Below are positions 24,741 through 38,375 of a stretch of DNA of 64,000 bases, piece after piece (within the stretch, counting starts at the first letter, position 1; each line of letters starts with the position of its first letter). The DNA is from Octopus sinensis (Eukaryota). The stretch lies in NCBI RefSeq assembly GCF_006345805.1, contig NC_043007.1:65844001-65908000 (forward strand), in the 5' to 3' direction. The translations under genes and the position numbers were made by a program. Under the pieces are notes generated by a model. It was not told where the DNA came from. It made no database searches and worked only from the letters and a program-made list of their open reading frames with translations.

Positions 24741-24860
24741 CCAATATTCACAATATATACACATATATACGACGGGTTTTTTTTTAGTTTCCATCTATGA
24801 AATCCACTGACAAGGCTTTGGTTGCCTCGCGGCTATAGTAGAAGACCATTGCCCAATGTA
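24460..24860 (-). mobile_element. SINE family A, 5'-truncated
   Basis: Family segments with internal (CA)n. Confidence 0.85.
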
Positions 24861-25499
24861 TTCATTTTGTATGAAATTATGTACGTATATTGTATGTTGT
24901 TTCATATATATGTATTTGACTACGTGGTTCAAATATATGCTTGGCTACTGGAACAGAAACATGTGTCTGGGACTTCCCTTATATGTACACGTATCTGTGT
25001 GTGTATGTGTGAGTGTGTGTGTGTGTGTATATGTGCGTGTGTGTGTGTGGTAGGGGGGCTTTCTGTTAGTCATCCCACAACCACTTCAAACCAGTGTTGG
25101 TTTGTTTCATCCTCGTAACTTAGCGGTTTGGCCAAAAAGAACTGATAAAAACCAGTCTTTAAAAATAAATATTGTAGACGATTCCTTCGACTAAAGGAAT
25201 ACAGGATGGTGCACCAGAATGGATGCAGTTTAATGACTGAAACGAATAAAAGATATATAGAAATATTACATTTCTAAATATCTCAGAGTGATATAAGCAG
25301 TAGTGGTACGATAGAGTAGTTGTATACTGTCAACTTAATGTGACAGTCCCATGAAGGGAATCACACCACTGCTATTTAGCCCTAGGAAGCATCAACGTTT
25401 CCTGTCAGCCTTGAAAGATAAAACTATGAATACGGAAATATGGCTTGATTTGTATTATTTAGAAAAGGAAAATGAAATGATCAATTTGATCGGAGATTA

Positions 25500-25725
25500 T
25501 CTTTTATTTTTTACTTATTTCAGTCATTAGAATTTCAGGAATTTTTAGTCGAATGAATCGATACCAGTACTTCTTTTTAATGCCTGGTACTTATTCTATC
25601 GACGTCTTTTGCCGAACCCCTAAGTTACGGGGACGCAAACGCACCAACATCGTTTGTCAAGTGGTGGAAGGGGAACAAACATGGACACAAAGGCACTTAC
25701 ACACACACGTGCACACGCACACACA

Positions 25726-25764
<39 letters not shown>

Positions 25765-26170
25765 TGCACACACACACACATACACACACACATAGGCGTA
25801 GGAGTAGCTGTGTGTTAAGTAGCTTGCTTACGAACCATATGGTTCCGGGTTCAGTCCCACTGTATGGCACCTTGGGCAAGCGTCTTCTACTATAGCCTTC
25901 TGAGTGGATTTGATAGACGGAAACTGAAAGAAGCCTGTCGTATCTATGTATGTGTGTGTTTATGTTTGTGTGTCTCTGTTTCTCCCCCCCCCCCCCAACA
26001 TCGCTTGACAACCGATGGTGGTGTGTTTACGTCCTCGTAACTTAGCGGTTCGACAAAAGATACCAATAGAATAAGTACTAGGCTTACAAAGAAGTCCTGG
26101 AGTCGATTTGCTTCACTAAAGGCAGTGCTCCAGCATGGCCACAATCAAATGACTGAAATAAGTAAAAGAG
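25500..26170. mobile_element. Two SINE A copies: 3' half on minus (25500-25700), near full length on plus (25795-26170)
   Basis: Family segments in opposite orientations around a (CA)n tract. Confidence 0.85.
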
Positions 26171-26172
26171 TA

Positions 26173-26223
<51 letters not shown>

Positions 26224-27894
26224 TATAATATATATATATAATATATATATATATATATTATATTAAATTAGAGACAAAACCACTATTAGGCAAATCAAAT
26301 AATGAAAGACTTAAGCCAATACATATGATTAATTTATATTATTTAAATATGTAACAAAATTATTAAAAAATATAATTAATATCCCACTACGATCTTTTAA
26401 TATAATATAATATTTTACTATAAAATTGAATTCAATCCTAATTCTGATTTTTCCCTGTAAGTTTGGATTTATTCCCTAATATTTATATATATATTATATA
26501 ATAATATATATATATATATATTATATATATATATATGTGTGTGTATGTATATACGATGGGCTTCTTTCAGTGTCCACCTACCAAATCCACTCAGAAGGCT
26601 TTGGTCGGCATGTAGCTTCTATAGTAGAAGACACTTGCCCAAGGTACTACACAATGGGACTGAACATACATACATGCATATTTCTACATTTCGGTTGTAA
26701 AATTGCGAATTAGCCACCCATATTATTATTTTCAGTTATACTGTTTATGAAATCAGCGCATGATTTCAACGGAAATCTTACAAACTGACAAGGTGAGCTG
26801 AGTTTAACCCTAGCCGCGGTGAGAACCAGTGATGCGCATTAAGATGCGTAAGCATCAAAATGTAAAATCATTGATGATCTGGCTATATCTGCTGCTCGAA
26901 GATAGTGGTTCTATGGCTATTGAGTTGTTTTGACTCATATTTTTGGCAATACTGGTGCTGATTAGTGCCCTTTCTCACTTTAGTGACTCACTCACACACG
27001 CATACACACAGACACATGTGTATATACATATATATATGTGTGTGTGTGTGTGGTGTGTGTATACATACATAGTACATACATATATGTACACACATATACA
27101 TGTACATGAATACATACATTCATACGTATATACATATATATCTGTGTGTGTGTCTATGTGTGTGTGTGTATGTGTGTGTGTATGTGTTGTGTGTGTGTGT
27201 GCGTGTGTGTGTGTTCTTTTTTTAAAGTTATTGAACGCAAATGGCTATTTAGAAAAACAAAAAGCTAAACAAACAAAATAAAAATGAAAGAGATACTTCT
27301 TAATGACAGCCTCAAATTTATATGCATTTCTAGAGATATCACTTTAGATTGGAAAATAAGGGCCGATAAATTAATTAAGGCTACCGATGCAAAGATAGGT
27401 AAGAATACCATTCTCATTCAATCGACGGTGGCTATTTGTTGGCGTATGGCAGGGAACGATCCTATCTAAGCTTGCATATCCTTATTTAGAATAGTGCGAG
27501 GAAATGAAGAAGACTTATAAGGTTTTATCTGCCGGCCAAATAGCCAATAAATTATTCCTATGAATTTATTGAAATATTTCTATAGAGTTAAAACCATCTG
27601 GTTTGCTATCTTTCCTGTGCGTAAAGAGTCCATTTACAAGTGTTGTTGTTGTTAGGAAGACTATTGTTCATATCTTTTAACTCTTCTCTGTGAAAACATC
27701 CCATATCCCCAGAGAAAAAGTTGACAGCTAATCCTTCCATTAAATCACAAGAAGCCATAGGGATGGTGCTCAACTTAGATTTCACACTTTGGGGGTAGGG
27801 CGCTATTTCATCGCATTTAAGTTTTTCTTCCTGGAAATCTCTAGTGTTCTTACAATTTAGGTTAACTCTGGAAGTTAAAATTAAAACATATTCG

Positions 27895-28100
27895 TTTCAA
27901 ATTTTGGCTCATGGCCAGCAATTTTAGTAGAAAGGAAAGGTAAGTCGGTTATATCGACCCTCAATATTTAACTGGTATTTATTGACGCCAAAAGGATGGA
28001 AGGACAAGTCGACTTCGGCGTAATTTAAACTCAGAACGTGAAGACAGACGAAATGCCCCTTAGCATTTTCCCAACGTGCTAACGATTCTGCTAGCCGTCC
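27895..28100 (-). mobile_element. SINE family B
   Basis: AAAGGATGGAAGGACAAGTCGACTTCGGCG...AACTCAGAACG...GATTCTGCTAGC. Confidence 0.8.
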
Positions 28101-30149
28101 ATTTATATTGCTTTAAAAGATAAAGATATGCTTCCATAAGAGTTGAACTCATGATATGCGCGTCACTAGTTCCATCTTATGTCTAGTCGGTCAGTTTCTC
28201 ACAACGTGTATCTAATTTATGAAATAATTTTGCTTAAAAATATTTAACTCTTCATCTACCTTGAGGTCAGCGACTCTCACAATAAGAAACGTCTTGGTAC
28301 CTGGCTAAAGAGAAGGAAAAGTTAGAAATAGCTGAAACTTCTGCAATAATTTCTTCATCTGTGACTGAATAAATTGAAAAGAAAACTTTATATTACCATT
28401 TAACGGGGTTGGGTGGGACTGAAAGATGAATTAATAGGTGTTATTGACAATAAAATAGTATAAGATTCAAACTTCGGAAACATGACTGCAACGTGAATAA
28501 CCTAAAATGTTATTCACTTTGTCACAAAGTGTTTTCGAATGTCACGCTTTAAACCCGTTTAAAACTAAACTATCGAGCGAAATTTAAATTTTTGACATAA
28601 CGAAACAGGTTCAAGTAACAGAGTCTTCATTGACATTAACTATGGATCGAGATCGAAGACATAATCAAAATTGTTAATATAATGAAACCAGTTTAAGTGC
28701 TAAGCTTCAAACAACCTTAACTTCAGTACAAAATTTAAGAAAAATTCGTGATCATTAATATAATGGAATGATGTTATGAAAAATCTATAAATTTTGCATG
28801 AAAATAGAAACAAGAACATTCATAAATCTTGCAATATCCTCGAGTTCCACGAGTTGGCTATTTTACAGTCAAGTGTCTTTGGCTAATAGAATCAGTAGAG
28901 CTGCAAAGATCTACTTCTCTTATGACTGTTGTGTTGCTGAAATGTGTACTATTATACGCTGTATGATTGATCGTTGCCTCACTGCGTTTTTTTTTTTTTT
29001 TTTTTTTGCTCTAGGACTAAAGTTTGAATAAATATCCCATTGCTTTGTCTAGGAACAACTTTTCCTTTGTAGTCGAACGGCTGCCGCCGTAACATAGGTC
29101 GTCTCTTAGACATCTAAATTTGGTTAGAGTAATCTCTCTCTCTCTCGGTCTGAGCGTAGCAGATCTCTACCAAAGAAAGAAAGAAAGAAAGAAAGGAAGA
29201 AAGAAAGAAAGAAAGAGAAGAAAGAAAGAAAGAAGAAAGAAAGAGTTTAGTAGTCAAAGAAATACTTAACTAGTATTTTATTTATTGATCTTGAAGGGCT
29301 GAAAGGCAGAGTTAACCCAGAAAGGGTTTGATCTGGGAGTTGCGGAGTACCGGAAGAATCCCATAAACCCTTATGTTTGATTCCAAATCGCTGCCTTTTA
29401 GTATAAATCTTATAACCAACAAAATGAAGCAGAATATTGCAAAATAAGGCAAAATATAAAACTTGACGAGCCTTGTAGTAAAAGTAATTATCAAGTATAT
29501 ATTTTGAGGTGGTGATTTATTGTCATTCTTGCTCCTTTTGGACATTAGTTAATGTTCCTTTAGAACATTATGAACGACAACAACAACAGCAACAAGAACA
29601 AGATCAACACGAGAGAGCAGTGGTTCTTAACCTCATTTTTGTAGCCCCCCCCCCTATTTAAGTAATGGCTAGCGTTCACCTTTTATGATGTTTGAGTTAT
29701 CAAGACTAAACTCTAAAAATTTTACTCTAAAAATTGATTGTATAAGTGTTTAACAGAGAAGTGATAAAAAAATTAATAAGAACGAAAAATTGTAAATTTA
29801 CTTCATACACTGCAAGTTAATGGCTTCTCTGTGTCTGATGAGATCTCATTCTATTTTAATAACCATTACTAGTTTTATTATGTATTATATAATTACTGCT
29901 GTAGTTAAAATTTAGCATGCGAATTATGTTACCTCACCGCCCCCTAAAGCTAAACATGCAGGCGGTACTGCTCACGTTGAGAACCTCTGTTCTGGGGACT
30001 AAACAAATCCCGGTTTAATAAATGACCAACGACAGATTCTCTCCGTCAAGGTGTTGAAACCCTCACCGACATTCAGATTTTAAGCTGTCCATTGAATGAA
30101 GTCTCCAAAACCCCTACATGAGACAAATAAAGTTTTATTAAGTCTTGTT

Positions 30150-30590
30150 AATATCCTTTCTACTATAAGCACGATGCCGGAAATTTGCGGGGAAGGAGTA
30201 GTCGATTACATCGTCCCCAGTGCTTAACTAGTGCTTATTTTATCCACCCTGAAAGGATGAAAGGCAAAGTCGACCTCAGAACTCAGAACGTAAAGACGGA
30301 CGAAATGCTGCTAAGCAATTTTCTCTGCGTGCTAATGCTTCTGATAGCTTGCCGCCATAATTCTTATCAATATCCTTTCTACTAAAAGCACAACGCTTGA
30401 AATTTTGTTGGGGAGGGAGCTAGTCGATTATATCAAGCCAGTGTTTCACAGGTACTTGATTTATAGATCTCGAGAGTATGAAAGACAAAGTCGACTTCGG
30501 TGGAATTTGAACTCAGACTGTAACGACGGACGAAATGCCGCGAAGCATTTTTCCCGGCGTGCTAACGATTCTGCCTACTCACCGCCTTAA
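30150..30590 (-). mobile_element. Two head-to-tail SINE B copies
   Basis: Each copy starts on plus with AATATCCTTTCTACTA and contains the GAAAG(G/A)CAAAGTCGAC core. Confidence 0.88.
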
Positions 30591-31412
30591 GTCTTAATGA
30601 TATCAAAAAGTAATTTAATAAAAGTTTCATACACAAACACATGTATTGTAAAATAAAATCCCTATTTTTTCTCAGTACAGATGTGGTCCCTACAGATACT
30701 TGTGTATTCAGAATTCGCTCTTAGTATTAAAAAAGATTTCTCACCTTTTATGTGTTTACTGGATCTACTAGAAATAGCAGCAGAATATCCTTCCAAATCA
30801 CGTCGCACTGACTCCAGTAAGGAAATAGTACATTAGATAATATAGTTGTACTGAGGATACCAGGGAATTTCAGGAGGTGGTCACGGTTGAAATATATTTG
30901 GTCATGGGTTTGATTGACTGATCTAGGACTAGGGTTAAACAATCTACATTCGGGCGTTTGATCGGTGGAACGTAGCTCCTGTAATGATGAAGATGATGAT
31001 GGCGTTGGTGCAGTTGATGATAGCAAAATAAAACCCCCACCCACCATAACCCACCACCACCACCACCAATGCAAACAACAGCCACAACACCAATACCATT
31101 ACCACCACCAACAACAGCAACAACAACAAAACAGCAATGTGAAAATAGTGAGAGAAACTACACGAACAACGCTGTAAACAACAAGCCGTAAAAGAAGAAG
31201 CAGCAGAGGCAGCAGCAGCAATACGAACAACGACAACAACCTCAATATATTAATAACAGATCCATTAACAGGAATAAAATCAACAGCAACACAATCTTGG
31301 TAATAACTGCAACAACAATACTAGTATGATAGAAATAACAGCAGGAATACTGTGATTGACATGGATAGCAGCATTATCAGTGAAAACAACAGCAACAGCA
31401 AATACAGTACCC

Positions 31413-31531
<119 letters not shown>

Positions 31532-31610
31532 TTGTTCGATATTTAAGAGATGAGGAATTATGTACATTATTTACATTTGACAGATATTTGTCCTGATCTT
31601 GTTTGTTGTT

Positions 31611-31656
31611 AACACAACGTTTCGGCTGATATACCCTCCAGCCTTCATCAGGTGTC
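31611..31656 (-). ncRNA. Minimal type I hammerhead ribozyme of the PLE pseudo-LTR
   Basis: GACAC-CTGATGA-A-GGCTG GAGGGTATAT CAGCC-GAA-ACGT-T-GTGTT: stem I GACAC/GTGTT, palindromic loop-less stem III ACGU, GUU triplet. Confidence 0.8.
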
Positions 31657-31726
31657 TTGGGGAAATTTCGGACCTGGGTTCTCATTCTTAAGGTATTTTT
31701 CGATGTTGTTGGTATTTTTGTTGTTG

Positions 31727-31762
<36 letters not shown>

Positions 31763-31764
<2 letters not shown>

Positions 31765-31834
31765 ATCACTACTTGGAATCGAACTCGGAATATTGGAGTT
31801 AAGTTAGAAGCTCTTAACCACTACACCATATGCC
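31763..31834 (-). promoter_or_regulatory. tRNA-like Pol III promoter (A and B boxes) inside the PLE 3' region
   Basis: A box TGGTGTAGTGG (31828-31818) and B box GAGTTCGATTCC (31786-31775), with tRNA-like spacing. Confidence 0.7.
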
Positions 31835-33119
31835 TGTGGGCAATTATGAAATGAATTTTAGGGCTAATAAATCTAATATTCTTCTATCCTTTCTTAATAC
31901 CGGTTTCCATATGCTGCTCATATCTGCACTCAGTCTGCTTAGGAGGTTAGTTTTCGTATTTTCTAGTAGTGTTCTCTCTCTATTATTTTAACTTCATCCC
32001 ACAGGGGGAGGTGGTTTCCATTTTTCCATACATGATCAGCTATTCCCGATTTATCAATATCTCCTCGTGTCACAGCTTTGCGATGTTCCTCTACTCTTAT
32101 TCGAGGGGGCGGCATCTTTTGCCTTTGTATAACCTACCGCACCTGCATGGAATGGAGTACAGTCTTTGGTCATATTCTCTTCTATTGGTGGTTTTACTTG
32201 AAGGAGATATTTGCGAAGTGTTGTATTACTCTTGAATGCCGTCCTGATGTCATATGGGCCGCATATCTTTTGTATTTTACGGAGAAGCCTTTCACATAGG
32301 CTAGACAGACTGTGGACAGTTTATTGGCCTCATCCTCCATTTTCTTCATAATTGGAGTGGAGAGTATGCTTTTGGAGTAGTTGTTGCTTAATAGATTGTT
32401 ACTTATCTTGATCATTTCTTTGTGGTGTGTATCAGGATTGCTACTTATATTCTTTACTCGCTGTTTTAGGCCCTGAGCAATCCCTCTCTTTACACAGTAT
32501 GGATGGTGGAAATTGAAGTTTAGGTATCGTCCAGTGAAGGTCGGCTTGCGGTATACGGATGTCCTGAATCCATACTTGGTGCGTGTTATTAATACGTCCA
32601 GGAATGCTAGCTGATTGGCTTTTTCCTTTTCCATTCTGAACTGTATAGATGGGTTTATTGAGTTCACATAATCCAATAGCACTTGGACATTTTCTTGGTG
32701 GGGCCAGAGTATCAGCCGAAACAACAAACAAGATGAGGACAAATATCCGTCAAATGTAAATAATGTAAATAATAATACTGTCTTTTATTGACCACAAGGG
32801 CCGAACACAAATCAAACAGGGACAATACAAGGGATAAGTGTGGTGTTTAACAACTGTAAAGGTTCTACCTATAATAATTGGCGCATTGGGAACTATAAGC
32901 AAAGGTATAGACAAATAAATAGTTCAAGGAGATTGGAATAGAATGTCCTGTGGAAATTCTGCACAAAGTTTACCTCTTAGGGACAGGAAAGACTACCTGG
33001 AGAGTTCTAAGCACTTGAAAACCATTGAAAGCTAGTGGATACCTTAGGTTGTAGGTAGTAACCCGCTAGCTACATAAATAATGCCAGGAATAAGACCGTA
33101 CCTGAGTCAAAACAAAAAA

Positions 33120-33330
33120 TGATAAATTCTTTCTGCTATAGGCGCAAGGCCTGAAATTGTGGGGGATTGAGCTAGTCGATTACATCCACCCCAGTACGTA
33201 ACTGGCACTTATTTCATCGACACCGAAAGGATGAAAGGCAAAGTCGACCTTGGCAGAATTTGAGCTTAGAGCGTAAAGACGACGATCGAAATGCCACTAA
33301 GCATTTTGGCCGGTGTGCCAACGATTGAAG
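33120..33330 (-). mobile_element. SINE family B
   Basis: GAAAGGATGAAAGGCAAAGTCGACC core. Confidence 0.85.
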
Positions 33331-34044
33331 CAAGTACAACAACAGTGACAGTAACACGATTAATATGAACAGATAAAAATAACAACAACAACAGCGGCAA
33401 GTAAAATAGAGAAGAAGAGCGAGAACAGCTATTCGACTAACATGAACAGTGAAAACAACAGCAAAAATAGACAACTACACAAGAGAAAACAAACAGGAAC
33501 AACAGTAGCAACAACATTTCTAAACTAGTAAGAACAACAAGCACAACAGAGAAAGTAACAACAACAATAACCATCACAACATCAATAACCGTAATAACCA
33601 TCACAACAACGTGGAATGTAAAACTAAGTATAAAAAAATACATGCTAACTGAAAATACATTAAAAAGACAAACCTGCCAAAAAAAATATATACATATAAA
33701 AAAAAATATTAGCGAAAAATACAATATATTTCAAGATATATATATAACAACAACAACAACATAATTCGAACCCCTTCTCTCGCCACCCAAACTCACCTCC
33801 AAAAAAGAACCATAATTGTCGGTTCCCGGCCACTAACTATAATCCTTAATAATAAGATATTCTTTGGATTGGTCTGGTATTTTTAGCTGACGTCAAACGG
33901 TGTTTTTCCGCTTCCTCTTCATATCAGCTCTTCCCTCGCCCCAGCAAACCCAGCAACCCCCATCCATTCATCACTCCACCACTCCACTATAACTTCTATT
34001 TTATATTCTCCCAATTTTCCCGGGTTTTCTTATTTTATTCTATG

Positions 34045-34087
<43 letters not shown>

Positions 34088-34742
34088 GTATGTGTGTGTG
34101 TGTGTATTTATATATATATATATTATATGATATGTATATGTATGTATGTAGGTGTATGTGTATGTATGTATGTATGTGTTGGTGTATGTGTGTTGTATGT
34201 GGTATATATACATGTGTTATATTTACTTATTTTCATTTTTATCTCGATTGCTTTCTATCATTCCCGCCAGTTTTAATCAGCATCAATGGCGGACATACGC
34301 CATTTGAGCCAGAGGCGAATATAGAGACAGAGAGGCAGAGAGACATGCAGAGTGGGGGGGGGGGGGACAAGAAGAGTGATAAAAAAACAACAAGAAAAAG
34401 AAGAAAGGAAAACTGAAAGAAAAATATGAGAGGGAACGAAGAGAAAAACAAAAACAAAAGAACAAAACCGAAATACTAAAAGATAGATGCAAAGAAAAAA
34501 GTGAAAGACGAAATATAAAAAGAAAAATATCCAAAAATGAAAATCAAAGCAAAATACAAAACTTCGAACCAATAGACATGAAGAAGGGGAAAAAGAAGAA
34601 AAGGAAGCAAAGATGAATGACGGGAAAATAGAGAAGTGAAGAGGAGATGAATAAATAGCACCATTCTCTTGTTTAAACATGGTGACCGAGGCAAAAGAGC
34701 GTGAAGTTACCAAATGGCTGAAAAGACAGGCCAGACAGAAAC

Positions 34743-34787
<45 letters not shown>

Positions 34788-35332
34788 TATAGAGAGGGAG
34801 AGAGAAAGAGAGAGGGGGAGAGAGGTAGGCAGAACGAAAGAAAGAAAAAGAGAGAAAAATAAGGAGAACGAAAGAATGAAGAAATAAAATAAATAAAATA
34901 TATAGAAATGTAAGAATGAAAGGACAAAAAGAGGAAAAATGTAGAAACGTGGCACACGAAAAACGAAACAAAATAAACAGGAACAAATAAAAGACAAGAA
35001 AATAACCAAACAAAAATAAAAACAAAGGGAAAATGCTAAAGTGAAAGTGAGAGGAAAAGAAAGAAGGAAAGAAAATGGAAGAAGGTAGTTGTGGAAAGAA
35101 AAAAAGAAAAAAAGAATGAAAGAAGGTAAGAAAGAAAGAGAGAAAGAAAGTGGGGTAGGATGGGTGGTGTGAGGTTGGGTAGGTGAGGGGGGATGGAATT
35201 CAATTTCCTTTCGATGCCGTTTACTTTTCTAATTGATAAATGAAATCATCGTGATTATGGAAATTTGTTACAAGGATGACGACAACAACAACACTAGCCA
35301 CAACAGCAACAACAACACCATCGTCGTCATCA

Positions 35333-35395
<63 letters not shown>

Positions 35396-35724
35396 ACAGC
35401 AACAATAGCAACAATGACAGCAACAGCAATAATAACAAAAATGACAACGATGACAACGACGATGATGATGACAAGAATAATAACACAAACATCAGCAATA
35501 ACAATGCAACAACAATAGCAAGCTAATATAACAACAACAACAACAACAACGAGACTGAAAGAAAAAAATGAATAGCAACAACATCCCAGGTAAGGACTCC
35601 TATAGCTACAATTGCGCAATTGTAAGAACGCACGCGCTAACCGGGTACCTGCTACAGAGAACACCCGAGCAACTGCTCTAGAAATAATAGTAATTATTAT
35701 TACAGTGCAAAATCGTTACTGCGC

Positions 35725-35900
35725 TGGAAAAATGCTTCGCAACATTTCTTTCGACTAAACGTGTTCAAATTCCTCCAGGGTCGACTTTGCCTTTCATCCG
35801 TTCGGAATTGATAAAATAAGTATCAGTTGAGCACTGGGGTCCACATAATCGACTCACATCCTACCTTGAAATTACTGGCTTTGTGCCAAAATTTGAAAGT
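35725..35900 (+). mobile_element. SINE family B
   Basis: GTTCAAATTCC..GTCGACTTTGCCTTTCATCC..GATAAAATAAGTA. Confidence 0.85.
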
Positions 35901-37230
35901 ATTATTATTACTATTATTCTTTAACTTAAGTTTTCTTAGAACGCCGGGAGCCTTGCATTCGTAGCGGGCTTGCTACCTGCAGCCTACGGTCCCCTGCTAT
36001 CTGCTCTTTTCAACTATCTAATACTATCCTGATTATTCTGGCCGTGCCAAGGAGGCAAACCTTTTGTAAAAATTCTACTGGCACACTATTGCCATTTCCT
36101 TTACATCCTTCTTTGATGCCTTCTGATACTGTTCCCAAGGACTCAACAATAATTGCTACTATCTTCATCTTCATTTTCTACAGTCACGCTATCTTTTATT
36201 TAAAAGTGATGTATGTCTACTTTTATGTCTTCCTTCTTGACTATATGTGTGTCAAAGGGGCACGCAACATCAATTATATAGTATATATGGGTCACCTTGT
36301 CCACCACCGCTAGTTGTGCTGAAGCACTCGGTCTGTTTGGATTGGGAAATATCAGTAGACTTTCAGGTCCCTGACCCCGCTACTCTTCGTGGTTTGTATT
36401 CATATGACGTTTTGCCTCTCTCTGGCCTGCACTTTTCACAAAGTTTCCAGTGCAGCACTTTCGCTATCTCATCATGTCGCCACAACTTATATTGATTTTG
36501 GCAAGTCCAGGGTATTCATTCATTATATGAGCAATGGTTTTGTTAACTCTATTACAGATTGGGTGCAATGAAAACACTTGCTCATTTCTAAAGTTAACCC
36601 TTCCATTTCTGGCCAAAGCCTGGCCTTTCGCTGCCATTATTGTGCTCTCGGTCTCTTTTTTTCAGTGTTACCTTCTTCAACCAGTCTCACGAATGTTTAC
36701 CAACAACTTAATTTGTGGCCACATGGAATTGATTGTGTAGTCTCTTGTTGCGTAGTGCTTCTTCATATCCTTCCTGTAATTCTTGTTTTGCTCTTTACCT
36801 GATTTCAAACTGCCCTTATCTCTAACTGCCCGTGGCAAGGTTTCCTCACTTAGGGATAGATACCGCAGCAGGTTCCCAAGTTCAATATGTACACAGTCTT
36901 CCACACTTATCAGTCCCCTTCCTCCATTTGCTTTCTTCATGTATATACGATCAGTGTCTGCACATTGATGATATGGGCTCCGTGCGTTGTTAGGAGCTTT
37001 CTTGTCTTCTTGTCCAACTCCTTTACTTCATCCTCAGTCCACTTCAGAATTCCAGTTCCATACCAAGCCACTGCGACTGCGCGTGAGTTTATTACCGGAA
37101 TTATGTTCCTGACATTCAACGTTGAATCCAATGCTTTTCGCCATCGCTGCAGATACGCATTTGCTGTCTTTTCTTTCATATCATTATACTTAATTCGATC
37201 TGCCTCAAATATCCCCAGGTATTTATATAC
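35900..37230 (-). pseudogene. R4/Dong-like non-LTR retrotransposon (late RT, CCHC remnant, RLE, 3' UTR, (TAA)n tail)
   Basis: YKYLGIFEAD..RKALDSTLN..INSRAV..WT..LDKKTRKLLT..DRIY..GGRGLISVEDCV; IQTDRV..IIDVACPFD; LQKVCLLGTARIIR. Several frameshifts. Confidence 0.9.
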
Positions 37231-37459
37231 TATCATCATCATCATCATCCTCGTCTATCTTTTATCTTTTGCTCATTTCATTAGACTCCGGCCATGCTGG
37301 GGCACTGATTTGAGGTATTTTCGTTGAACGAATCGATGCCAGGACTTATTTTTTTAAAGTCTGACAACTATTTTATCGGTCTCTTTTGCCAAACTGCTTC
37401 ATTGCGAGGACGTAAACAAACTGGTACCTGCTGTCAATTGGTGGTGGGTAGCACAGATA

Positions 37460-37755
37460 TATGTATATTCGGACTGGTGCTATAAAAACAAAACTACAAC
37501 ACGTACCAATTTGGCATTTAATCTCCTTCAAAGTAGTCCCCTTCGAAAGCCACACACTTATTCCAGCGCTGTTTCCATTAATGGAAGCATTCCTGAAAGT
37601 CGTTTTCTGGGATAATCAGCAGCTGCCTCGTCACATTCACTTTGATTTCCTCGCAAGTATTGAAATCTTCCTTTCAAGCGAGATTTGATTCTTGGAAAGA
37701 GGAAAAAGTCGCAAGGGGCGAAATCTGGGGAATACGATAGCTGTCGGACCAATAT
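37460..37755 (-). pseudogene. Mariner transposase C-terminal fragment
   Basis: YSPDFAPCDFFLFPRIKSRLKG, with a frameshifted continuation to a GDYFEGD-like end. Confidence 0.88.
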
Positions 37756-37806
37756 ATCTTAAAGTTATTTTAGTTATGTAAGAATGAAACTGCATATACA
37801 TGAGGA

Positions 37807-37837
<31 letters not shown>

Positions 37838-38239
37838 CATATATATTTCCGCTCAAACATACTCATAGGTACATACGTATTATATGCGTTAAGAATGGAG
37901 AATAACTGTAGTAGTTTGTATATATTTCCACGTTTATATGAAAATATATATGTTTGTGTATTATTGTTATAATTATATTATATAATTATAATGATACAAG
38001 ATATATTGATTTTATAAATTATATTACTCCTCTTATAACTTTCTCAAACCTCTGTTTATAGTTTATCTAATATGAATAATATAATGCATCTAATAATAAT
38101 AACAATAATGATTCTTGCAAATATGTATGCACATTTAAGTGTAGGTATATGTATTTATGTTTATTTATGTATATGTATGTATATGTATAAGTATGTATAT
38201 GTGTGTGTATTTATATTGATAACTTAACCTTATGTACTT

Positions 38240-38375
38240 TCTAAATTCCCTGACGAAGCCTAGAGAAACACACAAGTACCTCAATTTCATCTACTAATTA
38301 CTTCAGTCTACTGGAGGGATAAAGTAGAATGAGGTATTTTTGCCTCTTGGCTGAAACAGCTGTAAGATATTTTCC
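38240..38375 (+). ncRNA. HHR-like motif with long stem II and palindromic stem III; weak stem I
   Basis: CTGACGA 38250-38256; AGCC 38257-38260 / GGCT 38349-38352; TACCTCA/TGAGGTA; TCTACT/AGTAGA; GAAA 38353-38356; ACAGCTGT 38356-38363; GUA triplet. Confidence 0.6.

Noticed and set aside
27334-27398. Candidate micro-exons with AG/GT boundaries (also 54372-54445 and about 56586-56680)
   Set aside because: Open frames of 65-95 nt with plausible splice sites are expected by chance, and no consistent gene could be assembled.
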